A stretch of DNA of 61,342 nucleotides, the filler included, from Anaerolineae bacterium (GTDB lineage: Bacteria > Chloroflexota > Anaerolineae > Epilineales > Epilineaceae): the NCBI GenBank assembly GCA_029262755.1. It is 6 parts of 6 records of this genome, joined end to end, with 100 filler letters (N's around TTAATTAATTAA, not from the genome) between each part and the next. Parts side by side here need not be neighbours in the genome. Positions count along the whole stretch, not along the records: positions 29,109 to 42,983 come from JAJCYU010000287.1; positions 43,084 to 58,491 come from JAJCYU010000288.1; 4 more parts are not named here. The stretch is one strand, 5' to 3'. Every line of letters begins with the position of its first letter. Within the stretch, counting starts at the first letter, position 1. Under the pieces are notes generated by a model. It ran no database searches. It had not been told where the DNA came from and was given only the letters and a program-made list of their open reading frames with translations. The translations under genes were made by a program, and so were the position numbers. Below, one piece after another: positions 37,661-49,200 of this stretch.

Positions 37661-39244
37661 GTGTTTGATGATCGTCAGCCATCCGTCAGCCCGCCGTATG
37701 GTCGCCGACTCCCCAGCGTCACCTTGGAAGTGCACGGGATCCCTTGGTCCGGCGACGTGCGCCGGGTACCATTCGACGCTGTGAGCCCGGTCGCGAAGTC
37801 CCCGGTTGCCTTCGAGCGAGTCCTGAGCGGCCCGGTCGATGCGCTGGCCCTGTTCCAGGCCGCCGGAAGTCGGGCGCCCCGCTTCTACTTTGCGCCCGCG
37901 GACGGTCCCATCGTGGTAGGCGTTGGTGCCGTTGAAACCGTGCGCGCCGACAGCCCCACCGAAGCGATACTCGCGATCGAGCGGCACGATCCAGACCGCG
38001 TGGGCACCTGGCTTGGTGGATTCGCCTTCGATCCGCGCGCCCCGACTTCCGATTCGGGCACGAACGGTTCCTGGCACGCGTTTCCCGCCTCCTTGTGGTT
38101 CCTGCCCGAGGCCCTCCTTGTCGTCGGGGAGGACGAAACACGCCTGACGCTCTTCGGGCCTGGCGGTGCCGATCGCGATCTGCTGGCGGTTCGGGCGGCG
38201 TCGATTGCACTCCACGTGGGCGCAGAACACGCGGGCGGAGGGCATCGAGCCGGGTTTGACGCGGCCGTGGAGGGAGCTGGGTTCGGGGCCGATCAGGCGC
38301 TCGATGCCGTGGCCCGCGACGCCGGCCGTGCCCTCGAGGCTCGGATCGGCCGTGCGATCGAAGCCGTTCATCGTGGAGACGTCGAAAAGGTCGTCTTGGC
38401 CGCGACGAAGCGCCATCGCCTTGACGCCGCGCCCGACATCGTGCCGTTGCTCCTGCGTATGCGTGAGGCCGCGCCCGGCTGCACGGTGTTCTTCGTCGAA
38501 CCGCAAGCAGGCCATGTACTCCTTGGCGCAACGCCCGAGTTTCTGCTGCGCAAGCGCGGAAGACGGGTGCAAACCATGGCGCTGGCCGGATCCGCGCCGC
38601 GGGGCGCAACGCGCGAAGACGACGAACGGCTCGGGTCCGCGCTCTTGGGCAGCGAGAAAGATCAGCGTGAGCACGAGGTGGTTGCCGACGCGATCGTCGC
38701 CGCGCTGCGGAGCGCCGGCGGCCACGTCGCGCCGTTGGAAGCGACACGCCTGCGCAAGCTGGCTCGCATCCAGCATCTTGAAACGCCGATCTCGGCACGC
38801 TTCGAGGCGGGTATCGACCCGCTCTCGCTCGCCGATGTGCTGCATCCGACGCCCGCTCTCGGCGGCCACCCGCGCGACGCGGCCCTGGCGCTGATTCGCG
38901 CATTGGAGCCGGCGGGAAGAGGCTGGTACGGCGGCGCCGTCGGGTGGCGCGACGCCGCCGGCGACAGCGACCTGGCCGTGGTCATCCGCGCGCTTCGCCT
39001 CACCGGCCGCGACGTCCTCGCGCTGGCGGGCGCCGGCCTCGTCGCGGCCTCGGATCCGGCGGCCGAGCGTCGCGAGATCGAGCTGAAGCTGAGGGTCGCC
39101 CTGAGCCCGCTCACGGCGGATCTCGGCGGGGATCTCGATGAAGATCCCACCGCCACAGCCACAGCCGGCCTACGGGCGGCGGCCCATTCGGACGCGGATG
39201 TGGATCTCACAGCCGATCCGCAGCGCGATCGGAGCGCGCGATGA
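37661..39244 (+). CDS. menF: Isochorismate synthase
   Basis: KVVLA, GATPE, MALAGS, KDQREH, IQHL, LHPTPALGG, RGWYGG, AGAGLV. First gene of the men cluster. Start uncertain. Confidence 0.88.
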   Translation: MFDDRQPSVSPPYGRRLPSVTLEVHGIPWSGDVRRVPFDAVSPVAKSPVAFERVLSGPVDALALFQAAGSRAPRFYFAPADGPIVVGVGAVETVRADSPTEAILAIERHDPDRVGTWLGGFAFDPRAPTSDSGTNGSWHAFPASLWFLPEALLVVGEDETRLTLFGPGGADRDLLAVRAASIALHVGAEHAGGGHRAGFDAAVEGAGFGADQALDAVARDAGRALEARIGRAIEAVHRGDVEKVVLAATKRHRLDAAPDIVPLLLRMREAAPGCTVFFVEPQAGHVLLGATPEFLLRKRGRRVQTMALAGSAPRGATREDDERLGSALLGSEKDQREHEVVADAIVAALRSAGGHVAPLEATRLRKLARIQHLETPISARFEAGIDPLSLADVLHPTPALGGHPRDAALALIRALEPAGRGWYGGAVGWRDAAGDSDLAVVIRALRLTGRDVLALAGAGLVAASDPAAERREIELKLRVALSPLTADLGGDLDEDPTATATAGLRAAAHSDADVDLTADPQRDRSAR

Positions 39245-41460
39245 GTGCCGCGGAGCCGGCCACCGAACAGGCCGCGGCCAACGCGCAGTGGGCCCGCATG
39301 CTCGTGGACGAACTCGTGCGCGGCGGCGTCGCGCACGTGGCGCTCTCGCCCGGCTCGCGCTCGACGCCGCTAGCGCTCGCGATCGCGGAGCGCGCCGGCG
39401 TGGTCGGTGGTATCGGCGGCGCCAAGGTGCGCGGTCGCGACGATATTCCGGCGGCCGCGCATCCGGACCTGGCGCTCACCGTGCACATCGACGAGCGGTC
39501 CGCCGCGTTCTTCGCGCTCGGACGTTCCCGTGCGAGCGGCCGACCGAGCGCCCTCGTCTGCACTTCCGGCTCGGCCGGCGCACACTACCTGCCTGCCTTG
39601 ATCGAAGCCCACCACAGCCGCGTTCCGTTGCTCGTGCTGACCGCCGACCGTCCGGCCGAGTTGCGTGAGAGCGGCGCCTGGCAGACCATCGATCAAACCG
39701 GTCTGTTCCGCGACTTCGTCCGGTGGTTCTTCGATCTCCCAGCGCCGGATCCCGCCGACCTGGACGGCGGCCTGCGCACACGCACCGTCCGCTTGATCGC
39801 GGCGCGCGCGGTCGCCGTCGCGCTGACATCACCGGCCGGCCCCGTGCACCTGAACGTGCCGTTTCGGGAGCCCCTGGTTCCCGTTGCGCGGTTGGACGAA
39901 GGGATGAGCTCGATCACGTCGTCCGCGGCGGAAGCATCGCCTCGTTCGCCGGTCGAATTCCATCCACACAATGTCTTCCGCGGCCGGCCCGGTGGCGCAT
40001 CATGGACGGTTTCGGCCGCCACCGTCCGCACTCCGACGGCTGCAATCATCGACGCGCTCGCCGCGCGCTGCACGGCTCACGCGCGGGGATTGATCCTGGC
40101 AGGCACGACCGTAGCGCCGCTACGACATGGCGACGCGTGGTCGGACGCCGTGCACGGACTGAGCAAAGCCCTTGGCTGGCCGATCCTCGCCGAAGCGACA
40201 AGTGGGCTGCGCTTCGGACCAAACGCGCTCATTCCCCCGATTACGGGCTACGCATCGGCGCTGCGACATGCCCCGGTGCGGCACGACCCCGGCAACGCCC
40301 CGGACGCCGTGCTGCGCCTCGGAGCCAGCCACGTATGGAAGCACGTCGCACAGTTCGTCGACGAAGCAGCACCCGAACTGCACATCGTCCTCGATCCGGA
40401 GGGCACATGGGATGACCCCACTCGATCGGCAACGCTGCGCCTGCAGAGCGATGCGCTGCCCACGATACGCATGCTCGCGGAGCGTGTCGCAGCGCTGCCC
40501 GCACCCTCCCGCTCGCGATCCCAAGCCAACGAGGCATGGCGCGAGCGCTGGGCGGCCCTCGATCGCGCGGTCGCAATGGAACGTGCGCTCGCTTGCGCAG
40601 AGACCACGAGCGGGTCGGGCAAAATGGACGACGCGGCCCCGAGCGTAGCGCCGTTCTACCCCGCGCTGCTGGCAAACCTGCCCGCCGGCACGCTGATCTG
40701 GGCCGCAAACAGCATGGCCGTCCGCGATCTGGACACCTTTTCCGCCGCCGATCCACGGCGGCTCTACGCGCTGGCCAGCCGGGGGGCGGCCGGGATTGAC
40801 GGCACCATCTCGACGGCGCTCGGGGCCGCCGCGGGGCATCCCGGTCCCGCCTGCCTGATCACAGGCGATCTGGCATTCTTGCACGACCTGAACGGCGTCG
40901 GCGTGCTCGACGGCCGTGGCGGCCCCCTAACAGGCGTGGACCTTCTGGCCGTGGTCTTCGACGATCGGGGAGGCGGCATCTTCGAGCTTCTACCCGTTGC
41001 GCGAGGCGATCGCGGCGCCTTCGAGAACCTCTTCGCTACGCCGCCGACCCTGGGTCCGGCGACGGCCTGTCGCATGGTCGGCCTCGCGCACGCTGTTGTC
41101 ACGAGTCCCGAAGATCTCGCGATCCACGCCGCCCGTTGGCGCGCTACGGGCGGCCTGCGCGTCCTCGTCGTCCCCATCGACCGGGCCGCGAACACGCAGG
41201 CGCACCGGCGCCATTGGGCCCGCGTCGCGACCGCGCTCGACCGCCCCACCGCGCCCACCGCGCGCGACGGCGGCGATACGCCTGCCGTGGATCCGTCCGA
41301 CCTACGGGGAACGACCGGCGCGCTCGGCGACCCCGACGCCGCGCGCGACGGCGGCGAGCGTCGCGCGATCGACGCGGCTGGCACGGCCGACGTGCCCGGC
41401 GCCTTCGATGCGCCCAACTGTTTCGATGCGCACAACGGTGTCGAGGACGAGAGCGGATGA
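39241..41460 (+). CDS. menD: SEPHCHC synthase
   Basis: SPGSRSTPLA, DERSAAFFALG, CTSGSA, TADRP, GPVHLNVPFREPL, NSMAVRD, RGAAGIDG, GDLAFLHD, GGGIF. Confidence 0.95.
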   Translation: MSAAEPATEQAAANAQWARMLVDELVRGGVAHVALSPGSRSTPLALAIAERAGVVGGIGGAKVRGRDDIPAAAHPDLALTVHIDERSAAFFALGRSRASGRPSALVCTSGSAGAHYLPALIEAHHSRVPLLVLTADRPAELRESGAWQTIDQTGLFRDFVRWFFDLPAPDPADLDGGLRTRTVRLIAARAVAVALTSPAGPVHLNVPFREPLVPVARLDEGMSSITSSAAEASPRSPVEFHPHNVFRGRPGGASWTVSAATVRTPTAAIIDALAARCTAHARGLILAGTTVAPLRHGDAWSDAVHGLSKALGWPILAEATSGLRFGPNALIPPITGYASALRHAPVRHDPGNAPDAVLRLGASHVWKHVAQFVDEAAPELHIVLDPEGTWDDPTRSATLRLQSDALPTIRMLAERVAALPAPSRSRSQANEAWRERWAALDRAVAMERALACAETTSGSGKMDDAAPSVAPFYPALLANLPAGTLIWAANSMAVRDLDTFSAADPRRLYALASRGAAGIDGTISTALGAAAGHPGPACLITGDLAFLHDLNGVGVLDGRGGPLTGVDLLAVVFDDRGGGIFELLPVARGDRGAFENLFATPPTLGPATACRMVGLAHAVVTSPEDLAIHAARWRATGGLRVLVVPIDRAANTQAHRRHWARVATALDRPTAPTARDGGDTPAVDPSDLRGTTGALGDPDAARDGGERRAIDAAGTADVPGAFDAPNCFDAHNGVEDESG

Positions 41461-42389
41461 ACGTCGCCACGATCGATGCACCGCACCTTGTCATCACCGA
41501 GCTCCTCGCGGCGCCGGAAGCAGACACTCCCGGCGCGCCGCAATCGCAGCCGGCTCCCTCACCTCCCCTACCGCCACTCCTGCTCCTGCACGGTTTTAGC
41601 GGCGACACATCGACCTGGGGCCCTTTCGTGACCGCTTGGGCGGCTCTCGGGCGCTCGGACCGCGCGGTATGGGCGGTTGATCTAGCGGGCCACGGTCGGT
41701 CGCCCACACCGGCGTCCGACGAGGGCTACACGGTGCCCGCTCAGGCGGCCGGCGTCGCATCGGCGCTTCGCCGACTTGGTGCGGCTTCGGCGGTGTGGCT
41801 CGGCTACTCGATGGGCGGGCGGGTTGCGCTCACGGCGGCGGCGCAGGCCGACCCGATGGTCACCGGTCTCATCCTCGTCGGCGCTTCGCCCGGTATCGAC
41901 GATTCCGGGCAGCGTGCGGAGCGCGCCGCTGCGGACCACGCGCTCGCGGATTCGATCGAGCGCGACGGGCTGGCGGCCTTCGTGGCCCGCTGGGAGGCGC
42001 TGCCGCTGTTCGCAGGTCAAGCGCGACTGGGTCCGGAGCACGCAGCGCAGATGCGCGCACAGCGCATGGCAAACGATCCCGCCGCGCTCGCCGCGAGCTT
42101 GCGCAAGGCGGGCCAAGGCGTGATGCCGCCTCTCGGCGACGCGCTGGACCTGCTGCGGCCGCCATGTTTGTTGGTCGCGGGGGCAGAGGACGAGCGCTAC
42201 GTGCGTCTCCATGCCGCCATGGCCGCACGCATCCCCGATGCGGAACATCGTACGGTGCCCGACGCGGGGCACGCGGTGCAGCTCGAGGCGCCCACGGCGT
42301 TGGCTCGCCACGTGCGTGCCTGGCTCGACCGCCGCCGGACGGAACCGCCTTGCGAAGCTTCCGGCTCCGGAGGGCTCGGGCTACGATAA
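41457..42389 (+). CDS. menH: SHCHC synthase (alpha/beta hydrolase)
   Basis: [41 protein letters not shown] overlap with menD. Confidence 0.88.
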   Translation: MNVATIDAPHLVITELLAAPEADTPGAPQSQPAPSPPLPPLLLLHGFSGDTSTWGPFVTAWAALGRSDRAVWAVDLAGHGRSPTPASDEGYTVPAQAAGVASALRRLGAASAVWLGYSMGGRVALTAAAQADPMVTGLILVGASPGIDDSGQRAERAAADHALADSIERDGLAAFVARWEALPLFAGQARLGPEHAAQMRAQRMANDPAALAASLRKAGQGVMPPLGDALDLLRPPCLLVAGAEDERYVRLHAAMAARIPDAEHRTVPDAGHAVQLEAPTALARHVRAWLDRRRTEPPCEASGSGGLGLR

Positions 42390-42457
42390 AGGCCGGTCGG
42401 TCCCGCTGGAAGGGGCCCGCCGATTGCACATCCCAACCCGCTGATGAGGAGACGCCG

Positions 42458-42983
42458 GTGAGCGTCGTGGACTGGCAGAGCGTTCAAGAGTTTGAGGACA
42501 TTCGCTACGAGAAGGCCGAAGGGATCGCCAAGGTCACGATCAATCGGCCTGAGGTGCGCAACGCCTTCCGGCCAAAAACGGTCAAGGAGATGATCGAGGC
42601 CTTTGATCTGGCGCGTGACGACCCGGAGGTCGGCGTCGTGATCCTGACCGGCGAAGGCCCGCTGGCCTTCTGCTCCGGCGGCGATCAGCGCGTCCGCGGT
42701 CAGGGCGGCTACGTCGATTCCGGTGGTGTACCCCGTCTCAACGTGCTCGATCTGCAGATGCGCATCCGTCGCCTGCCGAAGCCCGTTGTGGCCATGGTCG
42801 CCGGCTACGCGATCGGCGGTGGACACGTGCTGCACGTGGTCTGCGACCTGACGATCGCGGCGGACAACGCGATTTTCGGTCAGACCGGTCCCAAGGTCGG
42901 CAGCTTCGACGGTGGCTTCGGCTCTAGCTACCTGGCATCGATCATCGGCCAGAAGAAGGCGCGCGAGATCTGGTTCCTGTGCC
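42458..42983 (+). CDS. menB: 1,4-dihydroxy-2-naphthoyl-CoA synthase, 3'-truncated
   Basis: [58 protein letters not shown] site upstream. Confidence 0.96.
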
Positions 42984-43083
42984 NNNNNNNNNNNNNNNNN
43001 NNNNNNNNNNNNNNNNNNNNNNNNNNNTTAATTAATTAANNNNNNNNNNNNNNNNNNNNNNNNNNNNNNNNNNNNNNNNNNNN
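42984..43083. other. Artificial contig spacer
   Basis: Same linker. Confidence 0.98.
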
Positions 43084-43230
43084 TCCGTCGTCCCGGTGTC
43101 GGCGTCGCCGCCTTCCGGCTCGGCGAACATGTCCTCGGGAACCTCGAAATCGGACTCGCCCTTGAGGTTGCGCTCGACGATTTCGTCGATCTGCTGCCAC
43201 ATGTCCTCGATCCTGCGCACGGCGCCGCCG

Positions 43231-46200
43231 TTGCAACGACTCGACCTTCTGATCGACGACGGGTCCGCGGCTTCACCGCCGAGCGCTACGCCGCCGAGCA
43301 CCTCGCCTCCTGGCGCTACGCCGACCGGTACTTCGCCGGCCACCGCCACCCCGCCCGGCGCCACCCCGACCACCGGACCAACCGCCGTCGGAACCGGCAC
43401 GGCGACGGCGACCTCCGCGGTTCCCACGACGAGCCCAACGGCACCGCCGCCGAGCGCGACCGCCACCAGTACGTCCACCAGCACCTCGACACCATCGCCG
43501 ACACCGCCTCCGACGGCAACGCATACGCCCGGTCCCACGGCGACGTCGACCGCGACGCGCACGCCGATCCCTACGCCGACGGCCACACCGCCACCGGCCA
43601 CGCAGACGCCGACGGCGCCCCCGGCCAGCGCGACGCCCACCGCCAGCGTCACTCCGTCGCCCACCGCAGGGCCGTCCGAGAGCCCGACCGCATCGCGCAC
43701 CCCGCGCCCGTCCGCCACGCCCAGCGTGACGCCGACGGCGACCGCGACCGTGACGCTCACGCCCTCCATCACGCCGACGCCCACCCGGACCGCGACACCG
43801 TCGATCACCCCGTCGCCGACGAACACGGCCGGGCCGTCGCCGACGCCGACCGCCACGTTCACGCCGCGCCCGACCGCGACGCCGCGCGCGACGGCAACGT
43901 TGGGTGCACCCACGGAAACGCCCGGCCCCGATGCGCCGGGCCTCGTGCCGCGCTTCCGCCTGCCGCAGGAGCCGCCCGGCGTGCCCGCGACCGGCAGCGA
44001 GATGGACGTGCCCCGCCATCGCGGCATCGACATCGTCTCCGAGCTACCCCCCTTGCCTGCGTGGCTGGCAGAGGGCGTGCCGGGTCTACCCGGTGGGCCC
44101 GACCCGTGGGGGCGACCGTTGCTCGAGCCTTGGCTTGGCGATCCCGCCGCCCAGCGACCGGAGCTCGACGCGTTGGTCCTTGCGACACCTGTCGCGACCG
44201 CGCGGCCCTGCGCCGAACCCTGCGGCGCGTGGGAGCCGTCATCCCCTTCCGCCACGGAGGTGGCAGCCGGCGTAGGCGGTGCTCACCCGTTCGCAGCGCC
44301 CGATCCGCGCACGCTGGTACGCGACGAGGCGCTCGCTCGCGACACGGGCCTGCGCGGCCCAGGTGAAACGGGGGACCGCGTCGGGGTCTTCCTCCACAGC
44401 GGCGAGCCCTACGTGCACGCGGTGGACCTTGTGGTGGGCGGGCGCGGCTTCGATTGGCGGCTCGAACGGCGTTGGCGGGGCGGCGCGGCCATCCAAGGCG
44501 CGCTCGGCCACGGCTGGAGCCTGTCCTTCGAACGACGCATGGTGCGGGTGGATGACACGAATCTAGGCACGATCGACCCCGGACTCTTTCCCATCGAGAG
44601 CGGCGATTGGCTGCGGCTGGACGGCTACGGACGCGTCGACCGCTATGCCGTCATCCCCGGCGCCGCGACGACGTGGCGCTCACCGCCCGGCTTCCACACG
44701 ACCCTGGTCGCGAGCGACGATGGTGGCCTGGTGGAGCGCGATCGGCGCGGAGTCGTCGCGCGCTATCTGCCGCCGGACGGTCAGGGTGTGGCGCGGCTAT
44801 CGACCTTGGCCGATCGCCACGGCAACACGATGACCTTCCGCTATGACGGCTCGAGTCGTCTGGTGGCCATCGAGGACACCTTCGGCCGCACCATGACGCT
44901 GCGCTGGGGCGTGGAATTGCCGGTGCCCCTGCTGGCGGAAGTCGAAGACCATGCGGGGCGTATCGTACGCTATGAGTACGATGCACAGCGCCGTCTCACG
45001 GGGGTCATCGGGCCGCGCAGTGCGGCGGGTCCCGGCGCGTTCGAACAGCCCATCGTGCGGCGCTACGAATACGACGCGTTTGCCGACGGCGCCGGCATCC
45101 ATCGCCTGCGCCGCGTTTCGGAGCCGGCCTTCGACGAATTCGGCCTGTTGCCGACCCGTGCGCGCCTGGACTGGAGCCCTGGGGGCCGTCTTGTTGCCTT
45201 CACCTTCGGCCCCGAGGACGCGGCCCGACCGGGTGGCGGCACAATCCGCTACACGCGCGGCCCCGGCGAGGACGGCGCGGATTCCGTGATGGGTGTGCTC
45301 GACGAGAACGGCCGACGCGTCGACTACGGGCTCGACCCGGACGGGCGCATGGTGTGGCGCAAGGTCCACGCCGATCGTGACCTCGACCCCGAAGCACCCG
45401 AGCATTGGATCACGCGCTACGAGTACGGCGCGCTCGGACAGGTGCTCGCCGTGCATCGGCCGGAAGGCAACAGCCTGCGTTGGGGCTATGCGGAGGGTCT
45501 GGACACGCTGGCCGCCGGCGATGTCGTGCGCCAGAGCCACCACGCTGATGGGGTGCGCGGGGGCAGCCAGTCGGTCGTGACCACGACCTGGACCTACGAT
45601 CCGGTGTACCGGCGGGTCGTCGGCGTCACCTTTCCCCGAGGCCACGACCCGGATTTCTCGCCGAGCGTCGGCGCGTCGATGAGTCCCGGACGCTATAGCA
45701 TCACGCGCACCTTGGATTACCAGGAGGGGATGGATGTCTTCGCCCTGGCCGCCGAGGCGGGTCTTTCGCCGCCGGAGATGCGACAGCGGCTGGATGCGGC
45801 CGGCATGGAGCTGGATCTGGGCGATGTCAACGGCGACGGCCGGATCGATGCGCGCGCGGGCGACGCCGTCGTCGTGCGCTGGCCGGACGTCGCGCTGCGC
45901 GAGGACGACCCGTGGGCCGCCCGCTACGGCGAAGCACGGCAGGTCGTGGAGAGCCGCATCGTGTGGGACGACGTCGGCCGACCGGTGGCGTGGACGGACC
46001 CCGAGGGCAATCGCACCCGGATCGAGTTCATGCCGGAAAACGACCCGGAGGGCGACGGACGGGATCACCTCGACGGCCGCGGCAATGCGCCGCTCGGCCT
46101 GCCCGCCGCCCGCGTGCGCGACGCCGATCCCGAGGCGCCGCCCGGTCCGAGCCCCACGGCCTCGCCGTCGCCGCCGGCCACCGTGCCGCCGCCGACCGCG

Positions 46201-49200
46201 ACCGCAGGCCCCACCGACACCGCTACGGTCCCCGCGCCCACAGCGACGGTCGCGCCCGCAAGCCCCACGCCGGATGCGAGCGCGACGCCCGAGACGAGCG
46301 CAACGCCGGGCGCCACCCCCACCCCGGGCGGGCCGTCGCCGACTACGCCCGCGGCAAGCGCAACTCCGCAGGCGAGCCTCACCCCACCGATCGGCGGGCC
46401 GACGCCGACCGTGGGGGACGGTTCGACCATCTTCCTGCCCTACACGGAGAACGAGGCGCCGACGACGCTCGAATCCGCCGATGCCGCGGACGGTGCCACG
46501 GGGGCCGGCGGTTCGCACGCCGCACAAGCCGCGGCGATGGCGCAAGGCCCGACCCCTATCGCCCTGCCACGCAATGGAGGGGAGGGCGGTGACTACCTCG
46601 CGGTGCGCGAGAGCTTCGGCTACGACCGGATCGGCCGGCCTCGTCGCTGGGTAGACGGCCGCGGCGTGGCCCACGAACGGCGCTTGGACGCCGCGGGCGG
46701 CGTCCAAGTCATGATCCGCGCGTTGGATGTGAGCGAGGCGATCGCGCGATCCGAACAGGGCGCCGCGCCGCCCAATTGGTCGGGATGCGTCGACGCTGCC
46801 CTACCCGAATGCGAGGCCATGACCGCATACGCGCACCAGATCCGGTTCTGGCGCAACGCGGACGGACTGCCGGTCCGGCGAGAGGTCGATCACTTCGGTG
46901 CGCCGACCGACTATGCACCGGAGGTCCTGGCTCCGATCACCGTCGTCGATCAACGGGACTATGACCCTCTCGGAAGGGTGGTCGAGGAGCGCAGGCGGAT
47001 GCGCGCCGAGCCACCGCAAGATATGGTCGCGCGGCTGAGCTACGACCGGGCGGGCAATGCGATCCTCCTGCGCAGCCCCATCGCCACACTAGCCGACACG
47101 GATCCGCTGCGTCAGCCTGCGGCAGTGACGGCGTGGGTCTACGACCCACTCGACCGGCCCGCGCGGGTGACCACGGGCGGCCTCCCGGACGGATTCGCGC
47201 AGCGGGCCGGGCACGGATGGCTCTCCGCCTCCGTCGTGGCGGCGATCAATGCCGATCCGGCCGCTCTACCGGTCACGGAAGATTGGCGCTACGACGGAAA
47301 CGGCAACGCGCGGCTCCACACGCATGCGGTGGATCGCAACGGCGACGGGCGGCCGGAATCCACGCACTACGCCTACGATGGATTCGACCGTTTGATCAGC
47401 GTGATCGACGCCGCGGGCGGGCAGGAACTGCGCGAGCACGACCCCGAAGGCCGGCTCGTCACCACCTCGCGCTACGGTCCGTCCGGGGGGCCGAGCCCGC
47501 TGACGAACGCGGCGGCAACCTTCGATCCGCCCTTCGTTCATGCCCGCATGAACCAGGCCTTGCTTGAACGCAGCCGCTTCGACCACGATGAGCTCGGCCG
47601 GCTGATCGCCCGCCGAGACTGGCTGGGCAGCTATACGGACGTGCTCTACGTACGGGCACCCGCGCTGCGCGACGGGCCGCTCGGAACACCGGGCGACGGT
47701 TGGATCAGCACCCATTGGCATTACGATCGGGCGAGCAGGGCAAGCCACGTGGTCCTGGACGACGGCGCCGTCACCGCGTACGCACACGACGGCCTGCATC
47801 GCCTCGTGCGCAAGGAGGACGCGGAGGGCGGAGAGCGACGCTGGGCGTGGGACGGCGCCGGCCTGCTTCGCACACACGCCGAGCGCTGGACACCCCGGCC
47901 ACGTGACCTCGTCCTCGGCCGAATGCCGGAGACGGAGCTCTCGCGCATCACCGCGCTCACCTACGACGCATTGGGCCGGCCTGTGCGCGCCGTGGACGGG
48001 CTGGGCGAGGCGGTCCGCTGGTCTTGGGACAGCCTCGACCGATTGGTCGGGATTTACGATGCGCGGCACGACGGTGCGGACGCGCAGCGCATCGCCGATC
48101 CCCTCGGCCAGCTCACGAGCCTGCGGACGACAAGCGGCGAGCTGCTGCCCACCGCGCGCCTGACCCGTCCGGGCAACGAAACGGCGTTCGCCTGGGACGC
48201 GGCCGGTCGGCGCGTAGGCGAGATGCGTTGGCTGCGTGCGGACGGCACCGCGTCCGGCCCCTTGGAAGCTGGACAAGAACCAAACCGGGACGGGCGGGTC
48301 GCGGTGGACTTTGCCTGGGATCCGAATGGCCGGCTCGTCGCCCAGGCGGACGACGGGACGACGACCGGCGACGACAATGACACGCCCGGCTGGATCGAAC
48401 GCCCCTTCGACGCCGCCCGTGGCAACGTCACCCAGCGCAGCTACGACGTCCACGGTCGCCACGTGGGGACCGTCCGCGCCGACGGCGGTCGCCTCGCCTA
48501 CACCTGGGATCCCGACGGCGTACTTCGCGCCTCGGTCGACGCCAACGGCACGCGTGTCGAGCGCGTGCTCGATGTACTCGGTCGCGCGACGCGGTTGCAA
48601 ATCACGCCCGGCACATCCGAACTGCCCCATCCCGCGGGCGGCGCCCGACGCGGCGAGGTGACGTGGGCGGTCACCGGCACCCGAACCGTTCGCTACGAGT
48701 GGGACGGTCTTGACCGCCTGACCTCGGCGGTGGCCGAACAACCCGGCGATGTCGCGGGCGCGCCCGCACGGCGCATGGTCGTGAACCTGGCCCGCGACAC
48801 GATCGGCCGGGTCGTCGAAGAGCGCGCCGGCGATCTCATTCTTAGCCGCGAGTTCGCGGGGCGCGGCACGCGGATCGGCCTGGTCCACCCGGACGGCACG
48901 CGGCTGCGCGATCGCAGGGACCGGCTCGGTCGTCTCGAGGAGCGTGAGCTGGTCGGCACCGCGTCCAACGAGCCACCCTTGGTGCGCTACGCGTGGTTTG
49001 GTCCGCTCGTGGCGGAAGCACTCCGATCCGACGGAAGCCGCGCCACCCTGTTGCTGCCCGATTTGGTGCCGGACGCCGAAGCACAGCGACTCGCGGGTCT
49101 TGACCCCATCGGCCGGGTCGTGGCCGTGGATACACGCGGGCCCGCCGGCACGCCGGTACTGGCGGTCTCGCGGACCTTCGAAGTAGGAGGGCTCGTCGCG

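Noticed and set aside
43270..44255. Minus-strand Val/Gly-rich ORF (VAVGVG repeats)
   Set aside because: Reverse-complement reading of the Pro/Thr linker of the RHS gene.
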